From Octopus sinensis (Eukaryota), in the NCBI RefSeq assembly GCF_006345805.1, contig NC_043002.1, positions 66,464,001 to 66,528,000 on the forward strand: a stretch of DNA of 64,000 bases, read 5' to 3'. Each line of letters begins with the position of its first letter. Position 1 is the first letter of the stretch. Below, in pieces: positions 1 to 11,638 of the stretch. Below the pieces are notes generated by a model, which was not told the origin of the DNA, made no database searches, and saw nothing but the letters and a program-made list of their open reading frames with translations. The translations under genes and the position numbers were made by a program.

Positions 1-181
1 CAATCATTTGATTGCGGCCATGCTGGAGCACCGCCTTTAGTCGAGCAAATCGACTAAGCTTAGTACTTTGTAAGCTTAGTACTTATTCTATCGGTCACTT
101 TTGCCGAACCGCTAAGTTATGGGGACGTAAACACACCACTATCGGTTGTCAAGCGATGCTGGGGGGACAAACACGGACATA

Positions 182-233
<52 letters not shown>

Positions 234-392
234 CATATATACAACGGGCTTCTTTCAGTTTCCATCTACCAAATCCACTCACAAGGCTTTGGTCGTCCTG
301 AGGCTATAGTAGAAGACACTTGCCCAAGGTGCCACGCAGTGGGAATGAACCCGGAACCATGTGGTTGGTAAGTAAGCTACTTACCACACAGT
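1..392 (-). mobile_element. tRNA-derived CORE-type SINE ('family A') with internal (CA/TA)n
   Basis: Reverse complement has an A-box-like GACTGTGTGG, a B-box-like GGTTCATTCCC and CORE-like CACCTTGGGCAAGTGTCTT. It matches more than 15 other copies in the window. Confidence 0.9.
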
Positions 393-599
393 CCCTTTTT
401 TTAAAAATTTATGGAACTGTCAGCTAAAAAAGAGAAATAATGGACTTAAATTGTGGCTTGATGTGGCAACAGACTTAATTTTAGGAAGATATCAACACAA
501 CTAAATGAATCTGTCGTTACTATCTTTGAAGCTTTGTTTCGATTCCGTTATACTCATACGTTCAGAATTGTAATGATCCCTAGGATTCATAAGATCGGA

Positions 600-832
600 A
601 TTTAACCCGGTTTCCATGGTGCAAAAGGGGTAGAAATTATGGGTCTCTCCACCGAACAGGACGCCAATATGTCGCAAGGTTAACTTCTCAGCTATTGCTG
701 GAATTCATTTTGTTGGAGCAACACGAAACGAGTTTTTTTTTCTCAAAAACACAACACATCTTCTGGCCCAGGAATCAAAAACACAATTTCATAATCGCGA
801 GTGTCACATCTTAGCACCAAGCCACTCGCTTT
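600..832 (-). mobile_element. degenerate SINE family C
   Basis: Similar to the reverse complement of 44645-44898 (GGACGCCA..TCGCA, GGAGCAAC..GAAA, CAAAAACACAAC). Confidence 0.6.
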
Positions 833-1344
833 CACGTTTCGTCATACACCAGATACAAATAATTTGGTATATCAAGCAGACAGCATCAGAATGATCGTGC
901 CACACAATGATAGCTGTAAGCAACGGTAAAATGTAGACTATGATGATAAAACGCTGGTTGATTGCAGAAATATCTCAACTAGTTGCAAGATATCAAGTGG
1001 GTGGGTGAAGGAGCCCAGGCTCTCGTGATAAAACATTCTAGGTCATCTTGAATTTTACAGAGATCATGAAAATTAGACCAAGTAGGACTGACTTAAAATC
1101 AAGTTTAATGACGAAACACACAAGAAGCAATTTGCATCTATTGCACCTTTAATTTTTCGTCCATTAAACTCCAGATACAATTCTGGGTGTACACTTGTAA
1201 GGTTTATGAAATGCCCGTCTATTATGATAAGGGAGTGGGGCCAAAGTAAATTGTCAGTATTTGGATATTGCCTTAAGGGTGCAAACAAACTCTAAAATCA
1301 TCTGGATATTCAGAAGTTGCTAACTCGTATGATCTTCTACAACA

Positions 1345-1655
1345 ACTCTTTATTGCAACAGAACTCTGCATGAAAGACAGGTTTACAGGTTTACAGGTTT
1401 ACAGCCAATGATTTTACTTCAGTGAGTAAATCGCCAGGATTAACTCCTGACTTGAACCCCATAGAAAATGCAAAGAATTATAAAAAAAGAAAATAGCAGC
1501 TTTTAATGCTCCACCAATATTGATTTTACAAAAGCAGATATTGCAGGTCTGAACACGGAAGGTAATCCATAATTTTTGCAAAAATCTGGTTCAAAGCCTT
1601 CCTGACGCTATTGATGATGTTATGGAGGCAAAAAGATATCATAATAAAAACTGAG
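1345..1655 (+). pseudogene. Tc1-family transposase C-terminal fossil
   Basis: Translates with shifts to LLQQNSA..TPDLNPIEN..KNLVQSLPDAIDDVMEAKRYHNKN*, matching the Tc1 motifs FQQDNA, SPDLNPIEN and LV.SMP.R..AV..AKG. Confidence 0.75.
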
Positions 1656-1829
1656 CATAGTCTTGATATTTTTACTCTTGTAAACTGCCAACATGTTATA
1701 ATATGCTTATGATCTCGTACTTACGGTATAAAACTATATCTTTATTGGTTTGTTCAGATTCATATTCGTTATGTATCGAACCAACCTGCAAATATTTCAC
1801 TCCCACATTCAATTGTAATTGAGAGTTGA

Positions 1830-2640
1830 CCGTATAGATTACACGACATTTTTCTTCCTTGATACATTACACGTATTACATGACTGACATATTTTTCAGC
1901 AAACCATAGCAACATCGTATCTTCCAAGCTGTAACCCTATCGGAAGCCTTTTCAAAGTCGATAATAGCCATTGTCAAAGCAATATCAAAGGCTTTATGAA
2001 CCAATATCAGAAGCTACCTGAATTCAAAACGCTATTGTATAATATATCAAAGAAAAATATGGCTGGATATCAAAAAATATAAAAAACCTGTCGATCGCCA
2101 GAAGCTGCTTCTTCATCTTTTAGTATATTTTCCAATGGAGTTTGAATCCTCCTCCTCAATACCACCAAACTGAACACTTCAAGCACTATATTGCCCAGGG
2201 TTTTATAATCCCTCAGCTGTCACACAATCTCAGATCTTTATATTCGTATTTCTAATGTCTATACCGATCTTCCAGCCTTCAGGGAATTGTTTAATATATG
2301 ATATATTACGAAACAGCTTCAATAATGTTTTTGCAAGTATATGGTTATTTGTGTTTAGCATTTTTATTGCAATTCTGTTTAATCTAGAAGCTTTTCCGTT
2401 CGCAATTGCTCAATAGCTTTGACTATTTTTTCAACAGATATTTCATGCGTATCCATTTCCAGTTCGTCACGTGGTTCAGGAATTACCACAGTATTTTTCT
2501 TATTAAATGCCTTATTCACTACTATTTTAAAATGGTCTTGGATGTTTATAAAAGACGTTATTAGTTCCCTCCTAATATTAAACAATCTTTTCCGTTTCTG
2601 TGCTCTCTCGGTAATCTCATTTGTAGTTTTCAAATCTAAG
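1830..2640 (-). pseudogene. degraded non-LTR (RTE-like) reverse transcriptase fragment
   Basis: Minus-strand peptides EISVEKIVKAIEQLRTEK (pre-RT), DLRLCEQ.RDYKTL and IIDFEKASDRV (FIDF.KAFD.V) with many stops and frameshifts. Confidence 0.65.
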
Positions 2641-2755
2641 TAGAATAAAATTTAAAATAAGCAGCACATATATTAAATATATATTACTGATAATAAACTA
2701 AAAAGTCTCGGTATCTTGGTTCAATAACAATAATGTAGAGAATAGATATTCTGTT

Positions 2756-2791
<36 letters not shown>

Positions 2792-2982
2792 TTATATATG
2801 AGTAGGCGTGACTGTGTGGTAAGAAGTTTGCTTCCTAACCACATGGCTCCGGGTTCAGTCCCACTGCTTGGCACCTTGAGCAAGTGTCTTCCACTATAGA
2901 CTCGGGTCAACCAAAGCCTTATGAGCGAATTTGTTAGGTGGAAACTGGAAGAAGCCTTCGTAGATATATATATATATATCTT

Positions 2983-3172
2983 TGCCATGATAGATCGGTA
3001 GCCATTACATACATTTTTTTCTCTCCTTGTTTTTTTTCTGTGTTCCTTTCTGTGGAAGAGCGTAGGCTCGAAACGTTAAAGACTTTTTCAATTCCGAAGC
3101 GTTATACTAATACATCTGTTTGTTTTCTACACCACCTGTCTTCGCCTTTTGTTTTTTTCGTGAATTCTCCCT
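2983..3172 (+). mobile_element. Penelope-like element solo terminal repeat (pLTR)
   Basis: Colinear with the 3' end of the GIY-YIG-bearing element at 49841-50049 (minus) and with 15045-15200; flanked by (TA)n. Confidence 0.8.
3045..3082 (+). ncRNA. minimal type I hammerhead ribozyme-like motif (variant core)
   Basis: CCTTT-CTGTGGAA-GAGC[GTAG]GCTC-GAAA-CGTT-AAAGA gives helix I CTTT/AAAG, a 4-bp helix II and palindromic AACGTT as helix III. Confidence 0.6.
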
Positions 3173-3182
3173 ATATATATAT

Positions 3183-3228
<46 letters not shown>

Positions 3229-3503
3229 GGCAAGAAAGTATTTTTGGTTTTTAAACGTGCGTACATGTGTGTGCGTGTATGCTTCATTGTATCCGACAAC
3301 CGGTGTTGGTGTGTTTAAGTCCCCGTGGCCTAGCGGCTTGGCATAAGAACCGATGGAATAAGTACCAGGCTTCACAAAAAGATAATAAGTACTGGGATCA
3401 ATTTGTTCGACTAAAAATGCTTCAAGGCGGTGCTCCAGCACGGCCGCACGCTAATGGCTGAAGTAAGTGAAAAGTAAAAGCTATATATGTATATATGTGT
3501 GTT

Positions 3504-3586
<83 letters not shown>

Positions 3587-3675
3587 TATATAGTTTTATG
3601 AATTTAGTTTCGTAACAGCCTTTTCAAGTTACCGAACAGTTTCCTGTCAAAACGCACGCACGCGCGTGCACACAT

Positions 3676-3722
<47 letters not shown>

Positions 3723-3769
3723 TGCTCACGATCACACACACATACCTTTATGTATATGCATACAAATGT

Positions 3770-3975
3770 GCTATGCGGAGGAAATCCCTGCTCGGAATGG
3801 TCAGTGGCAAGAGAGGAAGAGGCCGACCAAGAACCCGCTGGCTTGACACCATCAAGAGTGATACCGGGATGGACATAGCCAGTCTGAAAGAAGCGGCCCA
3901 GGATAGAACTGACTGGAGGACACTGATCCAACGAGTAACCGAGAGTCGACTTCGACTGAGCGGATAGATAGATAC
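3770..3975 (+). pseudogene. RTE (BovB-like) LINE 3' end
   Basis: KSLLGMVSGKRGRGRPRTRWLDTIKSDTG...AQDRTDWRTLIQRVTESRLRL* is the typical RTE C-terminus; short (GATA) tail follows. Confidence 0.88.
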
Positions 3976-4152
3976 AAATGTGCATGTACGTGTATATGCA
4001 TGCGTGTATGTGTGCGTGTATATATGTGTGTGTGTTTATGTGTGTGTGTGTGTGTGTGTGTATGTGTGTAGATGATACATGAAACTATTACCCCAGGCGA
4101 AATGCTAATTAGAGAGTAGATGACATGTAGCTCGTATCTGATGATATATTCC

Positions 4153-4755
4153 TTTCTACTCCAAGCACAAGGTTCGAAGTTTCTGGGGGGAGTGGGCCAG
4201 TCGATTAGATCGACCCCAGTAGGCAACTAGCACTTAATTTATCGACCACGAAAGGATGAAAGGCAAGGTCGACCTCGGCGGAATTTGAACTCAGAACGTA
4301 AACACAGATGAAATACCGCCCGATGTGCTAACGTTTCTTAGTTCTTTGCTGCCCACTAGGGGCTAAACAGAGAGGGGACAAACAAGGACAGACAACGGGA
4401 TTAAGTCGATTACATCGACCCCAGTGCGTAACTGGTACTTAATTTATCGACCATGAAAGGATGAAAGGCAAGGTCGACCTCGGCGGAATTTGAACTCAGA
4501 ACGTAACAGCAGACGAAATACCTATTTCTTTACTACCCACAAGATGCTAAACACAGAGGAGACGAACAAGGACAGACAAACGGATTAAGTCGATTATATC
4601 GACCCCTGTGCGTTACTGGTACTTAATTAATCGACCCCGAAAGGATGAAAGGCAAAGTCGACCCCGGCGGAATTTGAACTCAGAACGTAGCGGCAGAGGA
4701 AATACCGCTAAGCATTTTGCCCGACGTGCTAACGATTATGCCAACTCGCCGCCTT
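4153..4755 (-). mobile_element. multimeric Nin/Deu-domain tRNA SINE ('family B') with 19-bp TSD
   Basis: Tandem units contain the reverse complement of GCCTTTCATCCTTTCGGGGTCGATAAAT..GTACC. TSD GTATCTGATGATATATTCC at 4134-4152 and 4756-4774. Confidence 0.9.
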
Positions 4756-4959
4756 GTATCTGATGATATATTCCGTCACTTCTCGGAGTCACTTACTATG
4801 TGCGAACCATTTTTATTTATTTTTTTTTTGTCGACTAAGAAAATCAACAGCTTCGATCGAATAGGCACAGTTTTATAGACGTACCGAGGACTCTTTTTTT
4901 CTCTCTCTTCCTCATCGTCTTCCTCCTCCCCTCTTTCTTTCTTTCTCTCTCACTCCCTC

Positions 4960-5041
<82 letters not shown>

Positions 5042-5057
5042 ATCTATCTATCTATCT
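4960..5057. repeat. (ATCT)n microsatellite
   Basis: Direct reading. Confidence 0.95.
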
Positions 5058-5168
5058 CTGTCTCTCTCGTTTCTACATCTGAAGGAAATTTTAACATGAT
5101 GTAGTTACACTTTATGAACGTCCGATAAACTACATAAATAGCAATCACAGCTAACCCATCCCATAGAG

Positions 5169-5431
5169 CAATGGTTCTCAACCATTTTTTTTTTTTTTAC
5201 CTGTAGACCCTTTTGATTTCTATTTTACTCAGGTGGACTCTTATATCAATTCTGTGTTTAAAAAATCCTATTATATTTTTAGAATGAAATATTATTAGGA
5301 GTTGTATTTTTTAAAAATTGTTAAAATATTGAGTATTGTTGGAGTATATCTAATTTATTGCACATAAATTTTAATAACAAAATCTTATATGGATCCGCAA
5401 AAGTCATGTGGACCCCAATTGAAAACCACTG
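5169..5431. mobile_element. hAT-Charlie-like MITE
   Basis: TIRs CAATGGTTCTCAAC ... ATTGAAAACCACTG with subterminal GGACCCC motifs; TSD degraded. Confidence 0.75.
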
Positions 5432-6023
5432 CGCTACAACGATAGACTATTTATTGTATGAAGTGATTGATGGTTTGTATTTAATCACTCTTACTGATCT
5501 CCGACCAGAACCAAATAAATCATTTAACTACTAAATGGCATTCAATCTAGTAGTGAACAACTATCGGTTCTCCATAATTACGGAGCTTTGCTGTAAGCAA
5601 CAAGAACATAACAACAAAAACCTGAAAGAAATAAAACAAACCAAAAAAAAGTGTTTCGTTACGTTGCATTGCTTCATTAATTTGTCACGCTTCGTGAACT
5701 GGTTTTAAAATACTCTTACAAGAGCCTGAACCATAGAATTTATTGCAGCCAATTCTATCACCATCACATCAAAATGGAGTCGGATATTAATGAACTCACA
5801 TGGTTTTTTTCAATTACCTCTCTGATTCAAATGAAATAATTAGGAAAAAAAAGAAAGAAAACAAAGACTGCAGCAATACACATTGCATATTTAACAAGTG
5901 GGATCGAATGAGATTAAGCAATGCGAAATCACGAAATGCATTTGTAATTTGACACTGAATAATAAATGTTTACGTGAAGTTAACAGTCTGTGTTTTTGAA
6001 TGGTTAATGTTTGCCGTCCACGC

Positions 6024-6600
6024 AGCCAACCAGCTGGCAGAAAGGTTAACACGCCGGGCGAAATGCGTAACCGTATTTCGTCTGCCGTTACGTTCTGAGT
6101 TCAAATTCAGCCGAGGCCGACTTTGCTTTTCACCCTTTCGGGGTCGATCAATTAAGTACCAGTTACGCACTGGGGTCGATGTAATCGACTTAATCCGTTT
6201 GTCTGTCCTTGTTTGTCCCTTCTGTGTTTAGCCCCTTGTGGGTAGTAAAGAAATAGGTATTTCGTCTGCCGCTACGTTCTGAGTTCAAATTCCGCCGAGG
6301 TCGACTTTGCCTTTCATCCTTTCGGGGTCGATAAATTAAGTACCAGTTATGCACTGGGGTCAATATAATCGACTTAATCCGTCTGTCTGTCCTTGTTTGT
6401 CCCCTCTTTGTTTAGTCCCTTGTGGGTAGTAAAGAAATAGGTACTTCTTGCAACGTTCTGACTCATATGACGCAGGGATCGACTTTGCCTTTCATTCTTT
6501 CTGGGTCGATAATATAAGTACCAGTTGAGCATTGGGGTCGATGTCATCGACTTATCGCCTCCTCTGAAATTGCTGACATTGTGCCAAAATCTGAAATCAG
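6024..6600 (+). mobile_element. trimeric SINE family B
   Basis: Head CAGCTGGCAGAAAGGTTAACACGCCGGGCG and three Nin-domain units; imperfect TSD TGTTTG(C/T)C(G/T)TCCACGC on both sides. Confidence 0.9.
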
Positions 6601-6698
6601 TGTTTGTCTTCCACGCTGTGATTGTCTAAGTTTCTACACGTGGTCTCAGATCACTCCTCAGTCAAATACATTACTGATATATTTATAATTTGAAATCT

Positions 6699-7195
6699 TA
6701 GGCATGGTTGTGTGATAAGAGGTTTGTTTTCCAACTACACGGTTCCAGGTTCAATCTCACTGCATAGCACCTTGGGCATTTGTCTTCTACTATAGCAGTA
6801 GGTTCCCAACCTGGGGTCCGCAAAAGTAGTACTGGGGGTCCGTTAACTAATTCAAAATTTCACACACACACATATACATATATATAGGTTGGGAATCTCT
6901 GTACTATAGCCTTGAGTCGATTAAAACCTTGTGAATGGATTTGGTAGACGGAAACTAAAAGAAGCCTCTCACATATTGTGTGTGTGTATGTGTGTGTGTA
7001 AACACAAAACCGGTGATGTTGTGTTTACGTCCCCGTAGCCTAGCGACTCGGCAAACAAGATCGATAGAAAGCCGTGACCGAACTTTAAAAAAATAAGGTA
7101 CTGGGATCAATTCATTCGACGAAAAATTCTACAAGGCGGTGCTCCAGCATGACCGCGAACTAAAGACTGAAACAAGTGAAAAATAAAAGAAGGAT
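6699..7195 (+). mobile_element. SINE family A interrupted by a hAT MITE
   Basis: Head and CORE at 6699-6795; the body resumes at 6902. Confidence 0.85.
6796..6901. mobile_element. 106-bp hAT-Charlie-like MITE with 8-bp TSD
   Basis: TIRs CAGTAGGTTCCCAACCT / AGGTTGGGAATCTCTG; perfect TSD TACTATAG at 6788-6795 and 6902-6909. Confidence 0.9.
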
Positions 7196-7334
7196 AAATA
7201 CTTGAATTTAAGATTTCTCTCACGCCATTTTATATCTCACTACAAATCCTTTATTTTTTCTCTTTGTTTTGTTTAGATTACGAAGGTCATATAAATCTCA
7301 TGCTTGTCTTGTTGGAATTGTTTCATTGGGTACT

Positions 7335-7575
7335 TACTCTTTACTCTCTTTTACTCTTTTACTTGTTTCAGTCATTTGACTGCGGCCATGCTGGAGCACC
7401 GCCTTTAGTCGAATAACTCTATCCCGGGTCTTATTCTTTTTGTAAGCCCAGTACTTATTCTATCGGTCTCTTTTTGCCGAACCGCTAATGACGGGGACGT
7501 AAACACACCAGCATCGGTTGTCAAGCAATGCTAGGGGAACAAACACAGACACACAAACACACATACATACATATA
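7335..7575 (-). mobile_element. SINE family A 3' half
   Basis: Reverse complement of the tail ...GGTGCTCCAGCATGGCCGCAGTCAAATGACTGAAACAAGTAAAAGAG. Confidence 0.88.
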
Positions 7576-7669
7576 TTCTGGGATCGATATCCTCGACTAA
7601 TCCTAGAATTAAGTTCTAGGATCAATATCACCAAACCATTCAAAGTGGTGCTCCAGCACGATCGCAATG

Positions 7670-8678
7670 TTGGGTGTGTCAGTTTTTTTGAGGTCATTTG
7701 TATGAATTTAGAAAAATGACGCATTACTCATCAAAGAAAAACTTGATTTGAAAAGAAATTTGTACAAATAATCTTGAGAATCGTTTTATCACATCTATTC
7801 AATGAATCCATCGTTAGCATCAATGGCTGCTTCAATACGGGGTCGAAAGTGTTAACATGCTCAAATTAGATGATCCTTATCAATTTTGGACATAGTGGTT
7901 ATGGTGTACTTGAGAGATTATATGGCATGATGGGGTTATTGATTGGGCTCTCTCTTAATTACGCCCCATACGTAATAGTCCAGTGGATTGAGGTCTGGTG
8001 AGCCAGGAGACCATGTGTCTGGGAGAACAAGATCAGGGAGATTGGCACGCAACCATTCTTAGGTTGTCTTAGCCTTATGAAACGGCGCAGAGCCTTGTTG
8101 GAAGACATATAGTCTTCCATTGCGTACTCTGTCTATGTAGAGTCTCAACTTTCTCCAACATTTCTGAGTAGACAGCAGCAATGGGTTTTAAATGCTGTGA
8201 GAATAAGTAAGGAGGTTGACATCTCTCTAGCTGCTGACAACTCCCAAAACCATCACAGTTGCTGGGAATTTAGTATACTTGACCATTGGAACCTTATTCG
8301 GGTCTTTCCATAACCATCTGTCGTTTTTTCGGTTTACCTTTTGGTCCTGATCGAAGTCTTTCTCATCGGAGAAAAACAAAGTATTTCAGCCTCTTGGTGT
8401 TTTAACTTATTTAACTCTCTTGCCACATCCGATATAGATTTATCCTTCCGTATCTCATACGACTTGTACCGGATGTCCTCTGGCACAGTTCTTCCGGTGG
8501 TGCATTCTGAAACCACGAAGTCCTTTACAATGGCTCTGATTGACTTTCCAGGGTTTTATCGATTACTTCTTGAACTTTTTGTACAAAGGTATGAGTTCTG
8601 ATGGTATTAGGACCCTGTGCAAGCGTTTTGCGTTTAGTTGCTCAAGCTGCCCTAACCACTGGGCTATTGCGCCTCCAT
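7670..8678 (-). pseudogene. maT/DD37D (Tc1-mariner superfamily) transposase fossil
   Basis: YVFQQ(G)SAPFHKAKTT*EWLRANLPDLVLPDTWSPGSPDLNPLDYYVWG has 37 residues between the second catalytic position and the PLD aspartate; the C-terminus reads FRPRIEAAIDANDGFIE*. Confidence 0.88.
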
Positions 8679-8685
8679 ATATATA

Positions 8686-8740
<55 letters not shown>

Positions 8741-8768
8741 TTTGTATTTTTCTACATATCATAATATA

Positions 8769-8860
<92 letters not shown>

Positions 8861-9689
8861 TGTGTGTGTGTGTGTGTGTTGTTGTGTGTGTGTGTGTATT
8901 TGTATGTGTACGTATGTGTGTGTGTATGTGTGTGTGTGTTTGTGTGTTCATGTTTGTATGTGTTTTAATCTAAAATATTTATACACCAGTCAATTGTCTT
9001 CCCAATAACGTAAATAATATAAATGTTGTGTCTGAAATAAATTATGTCATCGATTTTGTTTCATAGTTTATCAGTCAGCTGTCTTCTAAATAATATACAA
9101 TATGTTGAATGTATAATTCATGTCCTCGATTTCGTTTCATAATTATAGGATTAAATGCAGAAACGGAAGCTGAATGATATTATAGATTATTGACTTCAGA
9201 AAATGAAATTTGGTACCATTCATGCATTTCCTGAGGGATTTAGTGTCATAAATGAGGTGGCTAGCAACAAGATGGAGGTGAAATTATATCACAAATTCAA
9301 CTTGCAAGTGAGCTCATAACCTCATAGAGCGAAAGCTATTTTACAGAGTAATTGTTTAAACCCGATATCTTTCTCGTGAGAATTTAATAATTACTTTTGA
9401 TTTTAAGCACAAAGCCAGTAAATTTGAGAGAAGTATTAAAGGTTAGATTGACCTTGGCGGTTTTTGATTTCAGGGCGTATCGAAACCGGTTCAAAAATTC
9501 GGGCCGATTGGAAACTAAAACTGTAATCCAATCTAATGAACAACATGATTTAGGACAATGTGGACTCCTGCTTCACTCCATTAAAACTTTGGCCATACCA
9601 AAGTTTTGATGGTCAACGGAAAATTTCATAGGTCTATAGCAGATTCGAAACCGAATCGCTGGACATCCATGCGGATGCAACGCTGAGAT

Positions 9690-10134
9690 CATTATTGTTT
9701 CACGTGATTAACCGATTAACTGATCATTGAGCGTTAAGCCATCACATGATTCACGTTTCTAGAACTTTGTAATGAGTCCTATAAAAGCTGGCTTTTGAAC
9801 GAGGCAGTTGCTTTAACAACTCCCTGCTTATTTTTTCCATTCACCTACCATGCAGATTGAAGACACAGATTTGCCATCATGGATTTAGCACGATATTTCC
9901 CCAGTTGTAACGATATTGCCCCCTTGTCACAGATCGATACATATCAGCTATTTCATCATAGACCCCAGAGTTTGTCTCCCCCAGTGTGTTCCAATTATTG
10001 GTTTCACTTTTCATCCAAAGACCAACATAGAAAGCACTATGTGCAGTAAATAAAGCTTTTGTTCATTGTTCGTGTGTGTGGTTTATGATTTTACACACAG
10101 CCAACAAGCAGACACGACCTATGAAGTTACTACA
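9690..10134 (+). mobile_element. possible solo LTR
   Basis: TATA-like CTATAAAAG at about 9779, AATAAA at about 10049 and a TACTACA end. No clear TSD and the left edge is uncertain. Confidence 0.3.
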
Positions 10135-10624
10135 CTTCCTCCGCTCCTCCTTGTGTAAGACAATCTAAAATCTAAATCATTTAAAAGTAAATTTACAGAA
10201 ATTTACATATAGGCGCAGGTATGGCTGTATGGTTAAGAAACTCACTTTGAAGCTACATGGCTTCGAGTTCAGTCCTACTACAGAGTAGACGCATAAACAC
10301 ACACATCCCCAGTTTTATATATACAGATATATAAAGAGGTTCAAGAGTAATGTTCCTTGAACCAACAAAGCAACCAAGTTATGCGATCGTTCGTGTTGTT
10401 TACCCAGGAAAGGGTGTTTTCTGTCCCAAAAGGCCCCTTAACTCACCATATGAAAAATTTTGAGAGTCTAAAATCATCTCTGGAACATAAGTAATGTATG
10501 TTCCCAGTTTGGAGAAAATCAGTTGCGAACACCAGAAGTCTGCAGGTTTACACACACACACCACACACACACACACCCTCGGTTTAATATATATAGATAA
10601 CTAAATAATAATATAGCATAATAT

Positions 10625-11310
10625 ATACAACCCGATTAAAGCGACAAATCTTAACAATTGACTGAAAAATGATGAGCTTACCAGGCAAGAATCAAACCCA
10701 TATATCAACGCTAACATAGCTCCAAGCACATCCGATTGAGCCAGACGCTCACCCATCAATCCCAGTCAAATTTATTGTATAGATTTAATGTCTAGTAATA
10801 TTTGTAAAGAAATACCGGAGGCTTAATAAGTTATGGGGAAAAAGCGACTACGAACGTCTTTTTTATACAATAACTATATAATAATATATGAGTGAGCGTT
10901 TGGACCAATTGAGTGCGCATGAAGCCATGTTAGCGTTGATATATGGGTTCGATTCTATCCTGGTAAACTCATAATTTTTCAATCAATTGTTTAGATTTGT
11001 CGCTTTTATCGGAGTATATATATTAGTATGATATATTATCATATTGTATAAAAAAAAGGCTTTCGTAGTCGCTTTTTCTCCGTAACTTGTCAAGCCTAAG
11101 GGTTTGTTTACAAATATTATATGATATAATACTCGACTGTAGAGTATCTGTATATTAAATTTGACTGAAATTGATGGGTGAGCGTTTGGCTCAATCAGAT
11201 GCGTATGGAGCCATGTTAGCGTTGATACGTGGGTTCGATTCTAGCCTGGTAAGGTTATCATTTTTCAGTCAGTTGTTAAGGTTTGTCGCTTTAATCGAAG
11301 TATTATTGTT
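10625..11310. repeat. inverted plus tandem cluster of a short tRNA-headed repeat
   Basis: The unit has A box TGGCTCAATC and B box GGTTCGATTC. One copy lies on minus (10625-10872), a partial copy on plus (10888-11015) and a full copy on plus (11042-11310). Confidence 0.75.
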
Positions 11311-11329
11311 TTATATATATATACATATA

Positions 11330-11500
11330 TATATATATATAAAACTGAGAATGTGTGTCTGTCTGTCTGTGTGTTTCCCTAAAACTTGAGAACTACGCAA
11401 CCAATTTCATTCAAATTTTACACATGCCTTACTTAGGGTCCGGGGAGTGTCATCGGCAAAATTTAACTTTTTGCCTAGGGCGAGCCTGGAACACTGATCC
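11330..11500 (+). mobile_element. Helitron-like non-autonomous 5' fragment
   Basis: TATATATAAAACTGAGAATGTGTGTCTGTCTGTCTG...CCAATTTCATTCAAATTTT, duplicated at 11639. Confidence 0.6.
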
Positions 11501-11638
11501 TCTTCATATTTTACCTTTCTTAAAATAACTTCATAAGATTGTGGGAATTAAAAGGACAGTTAATGTGTTAATATCATAACATTTTGATTGCTCAAATTCC
11601 GTGATTGTAGGCTTAACTTATTCTTCTTCGTTGATTAA

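Larger units (their letters stand above)
2803..3480 (+). mobile_element. SINE family A interrupted by a PLE terminal repeat in its internal microsatellite
   Basis: Head at 2803-2962 (GGTTCAGTCCC B box, CORE) and tail at about 3290-3480, with an insert at 2983-3172. Confidence 0.85.

Noticed and set aside
12-371. Recurrent peptide GLLSVSIYQIHSQGFGRPEAIVEDTCPRCHAVG suggesting a gene family
   Set aside because: It is the antisense translation of SINE family A.
4153-4755. Regularly spaced repeats resembling a CRISPR array
   Set aside because: The units are about 180-bp SINE monomers without unique spacers; the context is eukaryotic and there are no cas genes.
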